Positions 1 to 12,724 of a stretch of DNA of 64,000 bases are shown one piece after another. A model generated the notes under the pieces. The model saw nothing but the letters and a program-made list of their open reading frames with translations, did no database searches and was not told where the DNA came from. The position numbers were made by a program, and so were the translations under genes. The stretch is from assembly GCA_051294905.1 (NCBI GenBank), contig CM119372.1, forward strand, positions 31,622,001 through 31,686,000. The letters run 5' to 3'. Origin of the DNA: Botryllus schlosseri (lineage: Eukaryota). Position 1 is the stretch's first letter; each line of letters begins with the position of its first letter.

Positions 1-156
1 TATTTTTCTCCTCCACGCTACCCATGGATGCTGAGCGCCTAGCTGGATAGCCGCGGATACCAGTTTTAGAGTCTTTGGTCTGACCCGGACGGGGATTGAA
101 CCCACGACCTACCGATCGAGAAGCTGGACGCATAACCATTACACTATCTCGCTCGG
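1..156 (-). mobile_element. tRNA-derived SINE (MetaSINE-like central domain), runs off the window start
   Basis: Minus strand has a tRNA-like head with A box TAGTGTAATGG and B box GGTTCAATCCC, then GGGTCAGACCAAAGACTCTAAAACTGGTA...GCTAGGCGCTCAGCAT, which resembles the MetaSINE core as I recall it. Confidence 0.8.
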
Positions 157-784
157 AATCATATTGATGGGTCTATGCAGGAGAACTAATCAGTTGTTCA
201 AATCTTCCTCTTGTTGCATCTTGCTTAGAGCAAGAACATCGGACTTGGTCAGTAAGAGCAGGGATATATAGAACTCTCTATATCCCTGAGTAAGAGTAAC
301 AAACTACTGGTACTATTTTAGAGAACTCTATAGATTTTATTTACATTATCCACTTACTCGAGTATCGTTCATTATAAACCACTTCTGCTTGAATGCGTTT
401 TTGGCAAAATTGTTCACTGCTTTACGTTTTCGAAAGTAGAAGGTAGTTATGCAGTGAGTTTGCATGACTTTTCTCAGCGAAATTGTCACCAGCACCGCGT
501 GGCATAGCTCCCGTATTTGTGGTAAATGAAATGGTGTTCAAAAACGATACCTACTTATGGGGGTGACTGCTGGTAGCAGCGTGTGATGGCTTTCGTTGGA
601 AATGTCGCTCCCCCTAAGTAGACCGCAGCAAATTTCGACATCGTATCATGTTATAGCAATCTTGTCAAATAATATGCCGCATCTGAGAAGTTCTATATTG
701 CTTGAGACAGAAGCCTCGTCGTCTCATCGTTTATAAGGCCAAAAATAATAAAGACAATAAATAGTGAACGAATGTATATAAGGC

Positions 785-1480
785 CAGGGGCGGCCGACCC
801 GTTGCCCGCGAGAAAATTTTGACTGGCCCGCGAGATAATTCCCGAAATTAGCTGTAATATCAAATAATAAATATTCCATGTAATTTATAACGTTTATATA
901 TATCGACGCGACAAAGTATGTATTTTTTTGTGAATTTGCAGGGTCGATTTGATTAGATTGCCCGCGAAATTTGGGTTGTTGATAACTTGAAGCATTAGTT
1001 CCGACGCATTGGCGTAGTTCGGGGCTCGCCTTGTTTTTCGTAGATCTTTGTGTATGATCAATTGATCATAAAGTAGAATATTCCGTGGTAAATTCGTTTG
1101 ACCTGATATTTTTCTAAGTACTAAGCGCGATTTATTGTCACTCAATTTCTTGTTTTTAGCACCCCCTCCTGAAAATTTACCGAATTGAGTCTGATATACT
1201 CGCAATTATGAGAGAACGTGTCGTCCAACATCCGACTTCGCATCTGCACTTGCAATTATACACGTGTAAGCAGGAATCTTCGATATTTATATGTGTGAGC
1301 CCCAAATATTCCTGTCCTTGTCAAATGAGCCCAGCGGCAAACACAGGGACATTGGTATTGGCCGAACTCATACATTAACTTTGAAACTCCAATTTAACAA
1401 TACCGATCTTAATCGAAAGCTATTCCGGAAATACAATTTTAAAGCCGACAGTTCAACGGAACCACCAAGAAATATAGCCG
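785..1480. mobile_element. hAT-type MITE (CAGGGG.GGCC-terminus family), truncated near the satellite
   Basis: Starts CAGGGGCGGCCGACC with GGCCCGCG subterminal motifs. The body is the reverse complement of the copies at 14146-15414 and 47663-48990. Confidence 0.75.
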
Positions 1481-1560
1481 TCCAAGTCTGAAATCTGAAA
1501 ATCGGCATTGTTCCGAACGATCGCTCGATAAAATTCCCATTATCATGGTCAATTATTCAT

Positions 1561-4500
1561 TCGGACATGGTGTCTTGGGCGTGTTAGGTCTGTGTTGACA
1601 CTCGGACATCGTGCCTGGGGAGTGTTCGGACATCATGTCTGGGGGGTGTTCGGCCTGTGCTGCCATTCAGACATGGTGTCTTGGGCGTGTTCGGCTTGTG
1701 TTGACACTCGGACACTGTGTCTGAGGCGTGTTCGGACATCATGTATGGGGTGTGGACGGCCTGTGCTACCATTCGGACATGGTGTCTTGGGCGTGTTCGG
1801 CCTGTGTTGATACTCGCACATCGTGTCTGGCGCGTGTTCGGACATTATGTCAGGGGTGAGATCGGCCATTCAAACATGGTGTCTGGGTTGTGTTCGGACT
1901 GAGTTGACACTCATCAGACATCGTGTCTGGGGCGTGTTCGGTCTGTGTTGCCATTCAGACATGGTGTCTTGGGCGTGTTAGGCCTGTGTTGACACTCGGA
2001 CATCGTGTCTGGAGCGTGTTCGGACATCATGTCCGGGGTGTGTTCGGCCTGTGTTGCCAATCAGACATCGTGTCTGGGGCGTGTTCGGTCTGTGTTGTCA
2101 TTCGGACATGGTGTCTTGGGCGTGTTCGGCCTGTGTTGATACTCGGACATCGAGTCTGGCGCGTGTTCGGATATCATGTCAGTGTCGAGATCGGCCATTC
2201 AAACATGGTGTCTGGGTTGTGTTCGGACTGAGTTCAGACTCGGACATTGTGTCTGCGGCGAGTTCGGACATCATGTCTGGGATGTGTTCGGACTGGATCT
2301 GGGATGTGTCCGGACTGGGTTACCACTGGGAAATCGTGCCTGTTACTACAACTGACCTCATAGTGAATATATAACGACTATCCTTATTTCAAACATGACT
2401 ATCCTCATTTCTAACATGACTATCCTCATTTCAAACATGAGACTAACCTTATTTCAAACATGACTATCCTTATATCAAACATGACTATCCTTATTTCTAA
2501 CATGACTATCCTTATTTCAAACACGAGACTGACCTTATTCCAAACATGACTAACCTTATGAACATCGTGTCTGGGGCGTGTTCCGACATCATGTCTGGGT
2601 TGTGTTCGGCCTGTGCTGATATTCAGACATTATGTCTGGGGCGTGTTCGGCCTGTGCTATTGCCATTCAAACATGGTGTCTGGGGCGTGTTCGGTCTGTG
2701 TTGCAATTCGGACATGGTGTCTTGGGCGTGTTAGGCCTGTATTGACACTAGGACATCGTGTCTGGCGCGTGTTAGGCCTGTATTGTCATTAGGACATCGT
2801 GTCTGGCGCGTGTTCGGACATCGTGCCTATGGGGAGTGTTCGGACATCATGCCTGAGGGGTGTTCGGCCTGTGCTGCCATTCAGACAAGGTGTCTTGGGC
2901 ATGTTCGGCCTGTGTTGATACTCGGACATCGTGTCTTGGGCGTGTTCGATCTGTGATATTGCCATTCAAACATGGTGTCTGGGGCGTGTTCGGTCTGTGT
3001 TGCCAGTCAGACATGGTGTCTTGGGCGTGTTCGGCCTGTGTTGATACCCGAACATCGTGTCTGGGCGTGTTGGACATCATGTCTGGGGTGTGTTCGGCCT
3101 GTGCTGCCAATCGGACATCGTGTCTGGGGCATGTTCGGCCATTCAAACATGGTGTCTGGGTTGTGTTCGGACTGAGTTGACATTCGGACATTGTGTCTGG
3201 GGCGTGTTCGGTCTGTGTTGCCATTCGGACATGGTGTCTTGGGCGTGTTCGGCCTGTGTTGATACTCGGATATCGTGTCGGAGGCGTGTTTGGACATCAT
3301 GTCTGGGGTGTGTTCGCCCTGTGCTGCCAATCGGACATCGTGTCTGGGGCGTGTTCGGCCATTCAAACATGGTATCTGAGTTGTGTTCGGACTGAGTTGA
3401 CACTCGGACATTGTGTCTGGGGCGTGTTCGGTCTGTGTTGCCATTCAGACATGGTGTCTTGGGCGTGTTAGGCCTGTATTGACACTCGGACATCGTGTCT
3501 GGGGTGTGTTCGATCTGTGATATTGCCATTCAAACATGGTGTCTGGGGCGTGTTCGGTCTGTGTTGCCATTCAGACATGGTGTCTTGGGCGTGGCCTGTG
3601 TTGATACCCGGACATCGTGTCTGGGCGTGTTTGGACATCATGTCTAGGGTGTGTTCAGCCTGTGCTACCAATCGGACAGCGTCTGAGGCATGTTCGGCCA
3701 TGTCTGGGGCATGTTCGGCCATTCAAACATGGTGTCTTGGTTGTGTTTGGATATGAGTTGACACTCGGACATCGTGTCTGGTGTGCGTTCGGTATGTGTT
3801 GCCATTCAGACATGGTGTCTTGGCCGTGTTAGGCCTGTATTGACACTCGGACATCGTGTCTGGTGCGTGTTCGGACATCATGTCCGGGGTGTGTTCGGCC
3901 TGTGCTGCCAAACGGACATCGTGTCTGGCGCGTGTTTGGACATCATGTCTGAGGTGTGTTCGGCATGTGCTGCCATTAGGACATGGTGTCTGAGATGCGT
4001 TTGGCCTGTGTTGTCATTCAGACATGGTGTCTGGGGCGTGTTCGGACATCATGTCTTGGATGTGTTCGGACTGGGTCTGGCATGTGTTCGGACTGGGGCA
4101 TGTTTGGCCATTCAAACATGGTGTCTTGGTTGTGTTTGGATATGAGTTGACACTCGGACATCGTGTCTGGTGTGCGTTCGGTATGTGTTGCCATTCAGAC
4201 ATGGTGTCTTGGCCGTGTTAGGCCTGTATTGACACTCGGACATCGTGTCTGGCGCGTGTTCGGACATCATGTCTGGGGTGTGTTCGGCCTGTGCTGCCAA
4301 ACGGACATCGTGTCTGGGGCGTGTTTGGACATCATGTCTGAGGTGTGTTCGGCATGTGCTGCCATTAGGACATGGTGTCTGAGATGCGTTTGGCCAGTGT
4401 TGTCATTCAGACATGGTGTCTGGGGCGTGTTCGGACATCATGTCTTGGATGTGTTCGGCTGGGTCTGGCATGTGTTCGGACTGGGCTACCACTGGGAAGT

Positions 4501-4620
4501 CGGGCCTGGTACTGCAACTGACTTTATAGTGAATATAGCGACTATCCTTATTTCAAACATGACTATCCCTATTTCTGACATGACTATCCTCATTTCAAAC
4601 ATGAGACTCTCCTCATTTCA
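1561..4620. repeat. Complex satellite of ~20/40-bp units with higher-order duplications
   Basis: Dozens of degenerate copies of TCGGACATGGTGTCTTGGGCGTGTTCGGCCTGTGTTGACAC. Two blocks of a 20-bp AAACATGACTATCCTTATTT unit (~2375-2560, ~4540-4620). A 389-bp near-perfect tandem duplication gives identical 62-aa ORFs at 3723 and 4112. Confidence 0.95.
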
Positions 4621-4925
4621 AACAAATCTGACCGTATTTCAAACCAATCGAACCAACCCTGTAGGCTGAGACCGGCATACCGTTTGTTTTGATATGTTGT
4701 AACGCTTCGTTGATTACACCATAGATATCCTCGAAAGCACTAGATCGACAGCGACGTGCGTAGGGTAATAAGGGCTCGGATATTCGCGGTGATTGCAGTC
4801 GAGTTCACAATTATGGGATGAGATTCATTACATATTCTCATGAAAAAATCAATTTGTGACACTTAGGTGAATTCAATCATTATAATACTTGGGTATATGA
4901 AAGATGACATCTAATACATCAAATA

Positions 4926-6966
4926 TCAACAATAAAAAAAATTTGATTTTTTTTTCAATTTCTGGGGTAGCCACTTAAGGGGAATCACCCAACTCACGTG
5001 ACTGTAATCACCCGTGAATGTAAGGAAATATTTCGAGCCACCAAGAGACTCGGGAGCAATTGGTCCACAGACATCAGAGTGGATCAACTCCAACACACGC
5101 GTTGCCCGTCGCTCTGAACGTTTAGGAAAAGGCAATTTCGTAGACTTCCCCATTATACAAGGTTCACGAAAATCAAGCTTCAACGGACCATTAAGCTCCA
5201 TACCGTTGACCATTTTGTTATTCGCCATCTTTTGTAAATTATTATGTCCAATGTGGCCAAGACGACGATGCCACAACTCAGCTGAAACGGCTCCAGCCAG
5301 ACAATTTTCAGTAACATTGTCTTTGACAAATTCCTTAACAGTATCCAGCGGCAAATCATCCGCTGTATCACAAGTATTACAATCCGTGCCAGCCATTGAT
5401 AATTTGGAAGGCACTCCTTCTGAGCCACGCGGGATTTGAGTGTCATTGGCAGACCCTACATCACCGACTTTACTGGCTATAACACATGGTTTATCATCTC
5501 TGTATTCAGAACCACGAAAACAGTTAACTTTGTTAGTATTATCATCACTTTTAGGAGAACAATGCTCCTTCTCGATGGGGCATGACATAGACTCGTGCAT
5601 TTCTTTTTCGTTACAAGGGCGAAAATTCAGCATATACAAATTGTCCACGACACTGCCAGTAACAACATTGAGCCCTGCATCTCTATCAAAAATGCGAATA
5701 CCATCCGAATCAAAAACGACTACATATTTGGGATTATCAACAGCGGCATTCACGGAAAACAGTGTTGTTGATAAGTCGGGGACATAAAGTGCGTTTTGTA
5801 AATCGGCAATACCAGTTCTCTCGCCATTTTCATACAGGGCCATACGAAGGGTCCCAATGTCCTCAGCATATATGACTTAACCATCACCTAATTCAATTTC
5901 CACACGAAAAGGTGTCAGTTCAATAAACATCTCAGAAATGCAACTCATATGACTGGTCGCACCACTGTCACAGATAACAGACAGTCTGTGTCGAGACAGG
6001 CAGACAGACGTAAGCATCAGATATTGCATGCTTACTCACGCGAAGACGATCGATATTACCACGATACGGCATACTTAGGTTTCTACTTTCCACAGGTAAA
6101 ACAGCAGATGAATAAAACAGAGAATGTCTCTCTTCTACACGCATCGAATTATTCTCTCGGGATTTATCATTTCCACTATCAGCATAATGAGCAGTTCGAC
6201 GCTGAAAACGTCCTCTGCCTCTATCAGCAGATCTTCCTCGGCCATAACCACGAGGCTCGAATTCCCGACCACGGGGATTACCATCATTTTTCAGATCCCA
6301 ACACATGGACCTTTTATGTCCAACTTTACCACAATGATCACATGTACCAGTAAATTTGGGCTTACCGTACTTTCCTTTCGCCTGATAGGCTTGAACACTT
6401 TGCGGCGGAGAAACCGATATCACGGTTTGCACTCTCAACAGCAAATCTTCCAACGAATAATCCGGTTGACTTTGCATTTCGTTCACAAGATACGAACGCG
6501 TCACATCAAAATTGGACGGCAAATGCTTTATTACTTCGAAAACCTGGTCACTACCACTAACGGCATGACCCATACAAGCCATTCTTTGAAACAGCAATTG
6601 GCATTCTTGAATTTTTTCAATAATATTCGTATCCGTAAAAGTCGGCATCATTCCAATCTGCCGTTTTAGCGATAGAAACATCATCGAATTCTTCGGCTCA
6701 AACTTCTTCTCCAGATCCTCCCATATTTTCTTCGGATCACTATGATGTTCTTCCGGTATAGCCGGCAACACAGAGCCATCAAGATTACGCAGTAATATTC
6801 CGGCTGCTTTAGTCTTCTTAGACCGGGATGCATTCTCTACATCTCCTTCTGCAACGTATTCCCATAAATCGTTTGCCATTAATTCACCTTTAACTTGCAT
6901 CTTCCACGTAGGCCAATTACTCATCCTACCGCACTTCAACTTATCCATATTATTAGCAGATGACAT
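4926..6966 (-). pseudogene. Disrupted copia gag-pol (Gag, zinc knuckle, protease, GAG-pre-integrase, start of integrase)
   Basis: NWPTWKMQVKGEL Gag N-terminus and CDHCGKVGHKRSMC knuckle. Protease CDSGATSHM (~5950-5975) is in a shifted frame, with an in-frame TAA at ~5878. Then WHRRLGH and LELIHSDVCGP...GGSKYFLTF, truncated near 4975. Confidence 0.9.
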
Positions 6967-7004
6967 CGTTGCTGTTGAGCAGATTAGCAAGGGCGCATAA
7001 CCTT

Positions 7005-7268
7005 TGATGAATAACTCAGAATCTAATCCGATTTACCTGCGGCTTGAGATTCTTATTCAAACACCAGTCCAACACACAGAAGAGTATTTTTACAGCGTAC
7101 CTGTTCAATACAGCGAGCGACGTCTCCAAACTTTCTTAAAAAAGTGCCACGAAGTAAGCACACTGGCCAGATATTATACGCGGCATTATGACGACACAAC
7201 ACAATCAATATTCCAAAACACTTCTAACTAGTAGGCCTACAGCGAACATTATTTACAACAGTCTAACA
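7005..7268 (-). repeat. 5' LTR of the copia element
   Basis: Begins TGTTAGAC and ends TTCATCA, 2 nt before the PBS. The outer boundary cannot be confirmed without a second LTR. Confidence 0.65.
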
Positions 7269-7590
7269 ATGTCTCAACCTCAAGCGTTATAAAATTATCA
7301 TTTTCAACAATATGCACTTTTTCGCCTTCTCGGAATCGGGTATCAATGTCAGCGAGTTGCTTCTGATGATGACTAGAAATCACAACTCCGCTGTCGGGTG
7401 GTTAAAACGTGGACTATGAACATACCCGACATTTGCCATCCTGAAGGAATATTTATTCGTAGTATTTCTTACTACAAATTTGAGAAATGTGCTAGATAAA
7501 ATATATGCATTTTTCAATCCATTCTCAGAATTGCTTCGCGTGCCGGATGAATTCATTTGGCGGGTCATATGTTTGACACCCCTGATATAG

Positions 7591-8015
7591 CTATATACAG
7601 TTAATGACGTATTTTATTTGCAGCTCTACGTGTGCGTGAGCGATGCAACGCATTTTTGCACGTATATTTAACTTTGTATTCGTTATTTGATTCAAAATGG
7701 TTGGCCAGTTAATGTCTTTAACACAGATAGCTAAATGTAATGACTTTGAATGATCACTCATACATCGAAAATTCAATTTGACTTGAATTGTGACTTGATT
7801 CGTGATTTGACTTGACTTGATTCGTGATTTGACTTGACTTGATTCGTGATTTGACTTGACTTGACTCGAGTCACCTCCCAAAAACGAGCGACTTGATTTG
7901 ACTCGAGTCACCTTCGAAAATCGATTGACTTGACTTGACTTGACTCGAGTCAAAATTTGTAATGACTCGAGATGAATCATCGTGACTCGAAGGTAGTGAC
8001 TTGATCCCAACACTG
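7591..8015 (-). mobile_element. Partial hAT MITE with GACTCGAGTCAAGTC subterminal repeats
   Basis: Terminus GATCCCAACACTG at 8003-8015; reverse complement of the left half of the full copy at 18200-19131. Confidence 0.85.
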
Positions 8016-8024
8016 CTCCATCAT

Positions 8025-8165
8025 AGTTTCCCTCGACCCTATTCAGCAGTTCTGGGTGTCTAGCGAGAAAGCTGGTGGTTTTAGGTTAGAATCTTTAGTC
8101 TGGCCAGGCTGGCAATTGAACCACATTGAAGAAGCCGGACGCACTACAATTGCATTATATCGTCA
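8025..8165 (-). mobile_element. Degraded copy of the tRNA-derived SINE
   Basis: TTAGAATCTTTAGTCTGGCCAGG...ATTGAACCAC...GAAGCCGGACGCAC aligns by eye with 60-150. Confidence 0.55.
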
Positions 8166-9622
8166 GTTATTGACTTACTGCCAATTAGTTTATTTTTCTT
8201 ATTACAAGCTTCATGCGGCACTGAGGAGCGCGGATACTTCGTATTAGGATGAATATTGATGGCATGGATGCCATCAGAAGGTGGATGAATGAGGCTAATA
8301 CAAACCTGGAATTAACATTGGGTACGGATACCACGCTGCAACTTTCAAGAGGTAACTCCGTTTGCATAGAATTGTTTCGGTTTGGATAATTATTTATTAA
8401 AATTAGAAAATAATTACAAGTTGCGCAAAGTGCCCAAAGTAGAATATAATTTGATCCATAATGACATTATATATATCGGCTTCAAACGTTTTTGTTTATT
8501 GATACGTCGCTACTTATAGTATTATGAGAGGAAATGAGATCGCTCCGTGAAAATTAAATGAAAGTCAGATGTGACATCGTGTTAAAAATAGTGCATTATC
8601 TAAATTCCACATGACGCTGCCTCAGGGATTAGTGTTAATTCATAAAAATGTAATCATGGTGTACAGATAATATGTCATATGTGATGTATTAATTCATTTC
8701 CCTCCATTCCATCGGCGGCTTTATCTGATCATTGGTATACACATTTTCTAAACATCATTTACGAATGAAGTTCAGATGGATTCCGTTGCTAGTGAACACA
8801 TAGCAACCAAGTTCGCCTGATTAGCCCATAGCCTATTACTCTTAAACACAATTATGCTTTTTATTTGTAGTCTCGGTAACCAATAAACATTTTGAATCAA
8901 TAAGCTACGAGCATTGAATAATCTGTGTTAGGTTCCAAACCAGACACTGTGGTCCATTACGTAAGTTGGGTTGTAGGGTATAAGCGACAAATGAATTTGG
9001 TGTAGGTGCGGTGATAATAGAAGTCGTGCCGTTAAAATCTGACAACACAAGCTGGTAAATTCGTTTATTTAGCCTGTACTCTCTCCTTCTCAAACATCAT
9101 GCACAAGTATCGAAGAGCGACCTCGATATCAGGCCGAAAATCGAAGCGGTCGTTCTGCATGCTGAAATCCCGAGCGAAGTCAGATGCTACCCGATATCTT
9201 CGCGGTGAAAATCACACGTACGTGACCAGCAACATGTAACTTATACTTTGCATCTTATGTTTTTCCATGTATTCACTGAAGAGGTCTATACACGAGTGCC
9301 AAAACAAAGAAATACCCTCTGGGTTCGGGTTATTAGTTATTTTTATCAGTTCAATTCACTACAAAATTGCGATACAATGAAAAGATAAGGGGGTGTCGAA
9401 CGACGTGGAGAAGTCTTTGAAATCAAACGCGCACCTTGACCTTGGCCAGGGGTCGGGAACTGTTTTCGTTAAAAGAGCCATATTGATCCAATATTTCCAA
9501 CTGCATTTCCCAAAGAGCTATATGAAAGCCGACCAACAGTTACGTCACAATTGTATATTCGTAACATCACGCAAAATGATATCGAAGTTCACTACATGGG
9601 ATGCGTCATATGGTGTTATTAC

Positions 9623-10172
9623 TAGGGCTGGGCAAAATGATTCGAGTACTCGAATCTGAATCGAGTATTAATTTTAATGATTCGAGTTGAGTAGTGAAAT
9701 ACGATTTTTTCGAGTACTGAAATTGTACGCTCCTCGCCATTGCAAGTTAATTTATCAACGAGAATTGAGGTTTCGGTATGGCACTGTGGAGGCCTTGAAA
9801 CCTTGATTGGCCAATGGCCATATAGCAGCATACGAAACATTGTACAACGCCACGAACGCTAATGGAATTAGCACAATTACGTAGTCATGATCATCCTACA
9901 ACATTGTCACGAATTGCAATGAAATCGGTATGGTCGAAAAAATACCAAAGTATCTTCAATGTAATGCATAACAGGCATTATATTTTTTGTGGTGGCATAA
10001 AAGGCTCATATTTGAACTTGTAGATATTGTACTCTGTTATGACGTCATAATGAGTGATACTCGATTACTCGACTTGACTCGACTCGAAGCATAATACGTG
10101 ATTCAGAATCGAACCACTCAGGTATTCGATTTTGCCCAACCCTAGTTGCCCAGCCCTAGTTGCCTAGCCCTA
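9623..10172. mobile_element. MITE with TAGGGCTGGGCAA TIR and TCGAGTACTCGA subterminal motifs; right end triplicated
   Basis: Left TAGGGCTGGGCAAAAT; right ATTTTGCCCAACCCTA followed by two further TTGCC(C/T)AGCCCTA copies. Confidence 0.75.
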
Positions 10173-10523
10173 TTACACCTGCACCCGCACTAATCCAGCC
10201 GGTTGCCAGACATTTTAGCATGCAAAACTTGCTTAACTATAGCATTTTCCTGAGGGCTATATGACTTATGTAGGATATTCGTCGAAACTCCAGGCAAGAC
10301 ATGTACATTAGAGCAACATCAACAATTGCATACGACAATAAAAGTGTGAATCTGCTGTTTATTTTTCAGTAACACGCTGTTTACATTTAGGCGGCTTTTC
10401 ACGCGGAATTCGTACAGCACGCTCGACGGTTTCCGTATCTCAATTCCGAGGGTTTTCCTACCTCACGGAAAGTTAAATCAGTTTCCAATACCGGGATAAT
10501 AACTTCAGCGACGGAGCACAAGG

Positions 10524-11830
10524 GTGACTGATATCATTTGGTTAACGTTACTACTCAATTCTCACTTTCTTCTGTATTACCGATACGTAGATGATAGTTT
10601 CGTGGTTTTTCAAAACAAGCGGCAGTGTAATGTCTTTTTCGACAAACTGAATCCATTGCACCATTTTCTTAAATTCACCGGGGAAAAAGAACATATTAAT
10701 TCTCTACCATTTCTTGACGTATTGGTAGGGAAACTGGACCATCAATTCGTAACGTCATTTTACCGTAAACCGACATTCACCAGACATTATGTCCGGTGGA
10801 ACTCTTTCTGTCCGAAGATGCGGAAATTAAATTTGATGGGCATTCTTGTCCAAAAATCCCCTATGATTTGCTCCAATGGATAATTGACTTGGGAATTGGA
10901 GTGGATGAGATCTATTCTATCGAAAAAGGGCTATCCTGATAGCATTATACGCTTCGCAATTGGGAAAAATGCGAATATTTAAACGACCGATTAAAGTTGG
11001 AACAAACAAATGCCAAGTCTATATCCACTTTACTTGACTCAGCCCCATTTCGAACAGATTTACTAAATTAATTCGAACAAGTGTTGAATCTTTTTATTAC
11101 ATTGTGAATGGAAGAATTGTTTGCATGACCAAACAAATTTTTTTCCAACACTCAAAAGGATGTGTATCACGCTTTTCATCAAAGTATGGTTATTTATTAG
11201 TACAAATGCCACTGTGACAGTGGGTATGTGCGACGCACATCTCAACGTTTGTTGGAACGCATTAAGCAGCACGTTCCTAAAGTAATACTATATATCGACA
11301 TCACAGCCGCTCGATTTGGAAAATCTGGCACATCAATGCAAAAAGGCATCAAACAGCGCATCATCCAACCAAGTACCAGCGCGCAATTCATCCATCGGTC
11401 GACATTTAATTGATAACCTGGTTTGTGCCCACAACTATTTCGACGATATGTTTTCTGTTCTGTCCAAGGGCAGAACCACGTGCCACTCAACAGCATTGGA
11501 ATCGACGTTCATTAAACTGAACAATCCGGTCCTATGCCGACAGAAAGAATATTTGTACAACCTTAAGATCTCTTACTAGTTGCTGTGTGTCTTGCTATCA
11601 AACACCGTTTCCTGTTCCTGTGTAATATTACATTTGCTATGTGAATTCTATCATTTGTGTCTCACGCTCGCTACGCTACCGTTGCTATACGCCGCATTGT
11701 TGCTGTGTTCCGGCTCCATTGATGTTATCTATAAATTCGACATTATTGCGTCATAATTCTTCATTTGGTTTTGAATTCAAATCTGTTGTATTTCCTTTAT
11801 CGTGCCGGCAGCTCTTGATAAGTGGCACGC
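10524..11830 (+). mobile_element. Penelope-like retroelement fragment (RT C-terminus plus GIY-YIG endonuclease), degenerate
   Basis: YYRYVDDSFVVF, LKFTGEKE..SLPFLDVLV and FYRKPT motifs, then VIY*YKCHCDSGYVRRTSQRLLERIKQH, SSIGRHL and ALESTFIKLNNPVLCRQ. Several stops and frameshifts. Confidence 0.88.
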
Positions 11831-11862
11831 GAGAACTTCCTGGAGTATCAATGAAGTATAGG

Positions 11863-12190
11863 CGGGTTACCACACGTTCTCCTTTAGGGGGATTTATCCT
11901 CCTTTTTCAGGTTTTTAAAAATGTCCTCCGAGGACGCCCAAATGTCCTCCTTTTTGGAAGTTCCTCATCCTTTACAGCTTTTAGAGCTAAGATAGTGGAT
12001 AGATGCGAGAGAAAACGGGCATAAATGACGATAAATAGGAAATTCGTGTTTCGAACGAAAGTGACGACCTTTTTTATTTCAACCGACCACGAAGTCGGAA
12101 AAAAAATCCTGGATTTTCCTCCGGTATTCTAAGTTTGAAAACTTTGAAAAAGTGTCCTCCTTTCCCGATTCCAAAATATGGTAACCTTAC
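11863..12190. mobile_element. Short MITE (GGGTTACCA...TGGTAACC) with TCCTCCTTT motifs
   Basis: Imperfect inverted termini and repeated GTCCTCCTTT; sits in the 3' flank of the Penelope fragment. Confidence 0.6.
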
Positions 12191-12559
12191 AATAAAGGTT
12201 TATCATGAACGTACTTTTGAACGCATCTCTGTATTAGTTGCTGATTCATACACTTCTATCGTTTTATCCACCTTTTAATTTTACAGGATGAAATATAAAT
12301 CATGTTTGAATGATTTAAACATATATTAGAATATCCGTGGCTTGTCTATGTTATAAAACTTATAACATATGAAAAAAGAAGGATAATTTGAAATAAATAC
12401 TTCCATGTTCATTGTACAGCGAATATTTCGAGCTGTGCTATGATGAAACAATTTTGCATGCCATCGTGAATAATATGTACGCATATGTTTAGAGGTTATA
12501 TGGAAGTCATTAAACCATCACTGGGACATATAATTTTCGAAATAACTTTGTAATACTGT

Positions 12560-12724
12560 TCGAGTCGGAGATAGAGTTGGAGTCGGAGTTCTGTGAGGAA
12601 AATAGACGGAGCCTGAGCCGGAGTCGGAGTCGGGGCGTTTAATCGGAGCGTTTAATCGGGCGTTTAATCGGGGCGTTTAGTCGGAGTTGGAGTCGGTACT
12701 AAAATTTGTCGACTCCACAGCACT
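12560..12724. mobile_element. MITE end with GGAGTC/GACTCC repeats
   Basis: (GGAGTC)n array ending GACTCCACAGCACTG; same family as 50076-50238. Confidence 0.65.

Larger units (their letters stand above)
4926..7268 (-). mobile_element. 3'-truncated Ty1/copia LTR retrotransposon
   Basis: Putative 5' LTR TG...CA at 7268-7005, PBS GGTTATGCGCCC at 7002-6991, then gag, protease and integrase in copia order. RT, RNase H and the 3' LTR are absent. Confidence 0.9.

Noticed and set aside
84..156. Functional tRNA gene
   Set aside because: The tRNA-like head runs directly into a SINE body, and a decayed sister copy exists at ~8.1 kb.
1561..4620. CRISPR array or Cys/Trp-rich protein genes
   Set aside because: No unique spacers and no cas genes in a eukaryotic context; the overlapping ORFs on both strands are translations of the satellite.
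7591..8013. SSQV-repeat ORFs (also 18136-18336 and 16989-17186)
   Set aside because: Translations of the (CAAGT)n subterminal arrays of a MITE.
11800..11840. Hammerhead ribozyme in the Penelope 3' repeat
   Set aside because: Only a degenerate TTGATAAG...GAGAAC match; I could not establish the core or the helices.
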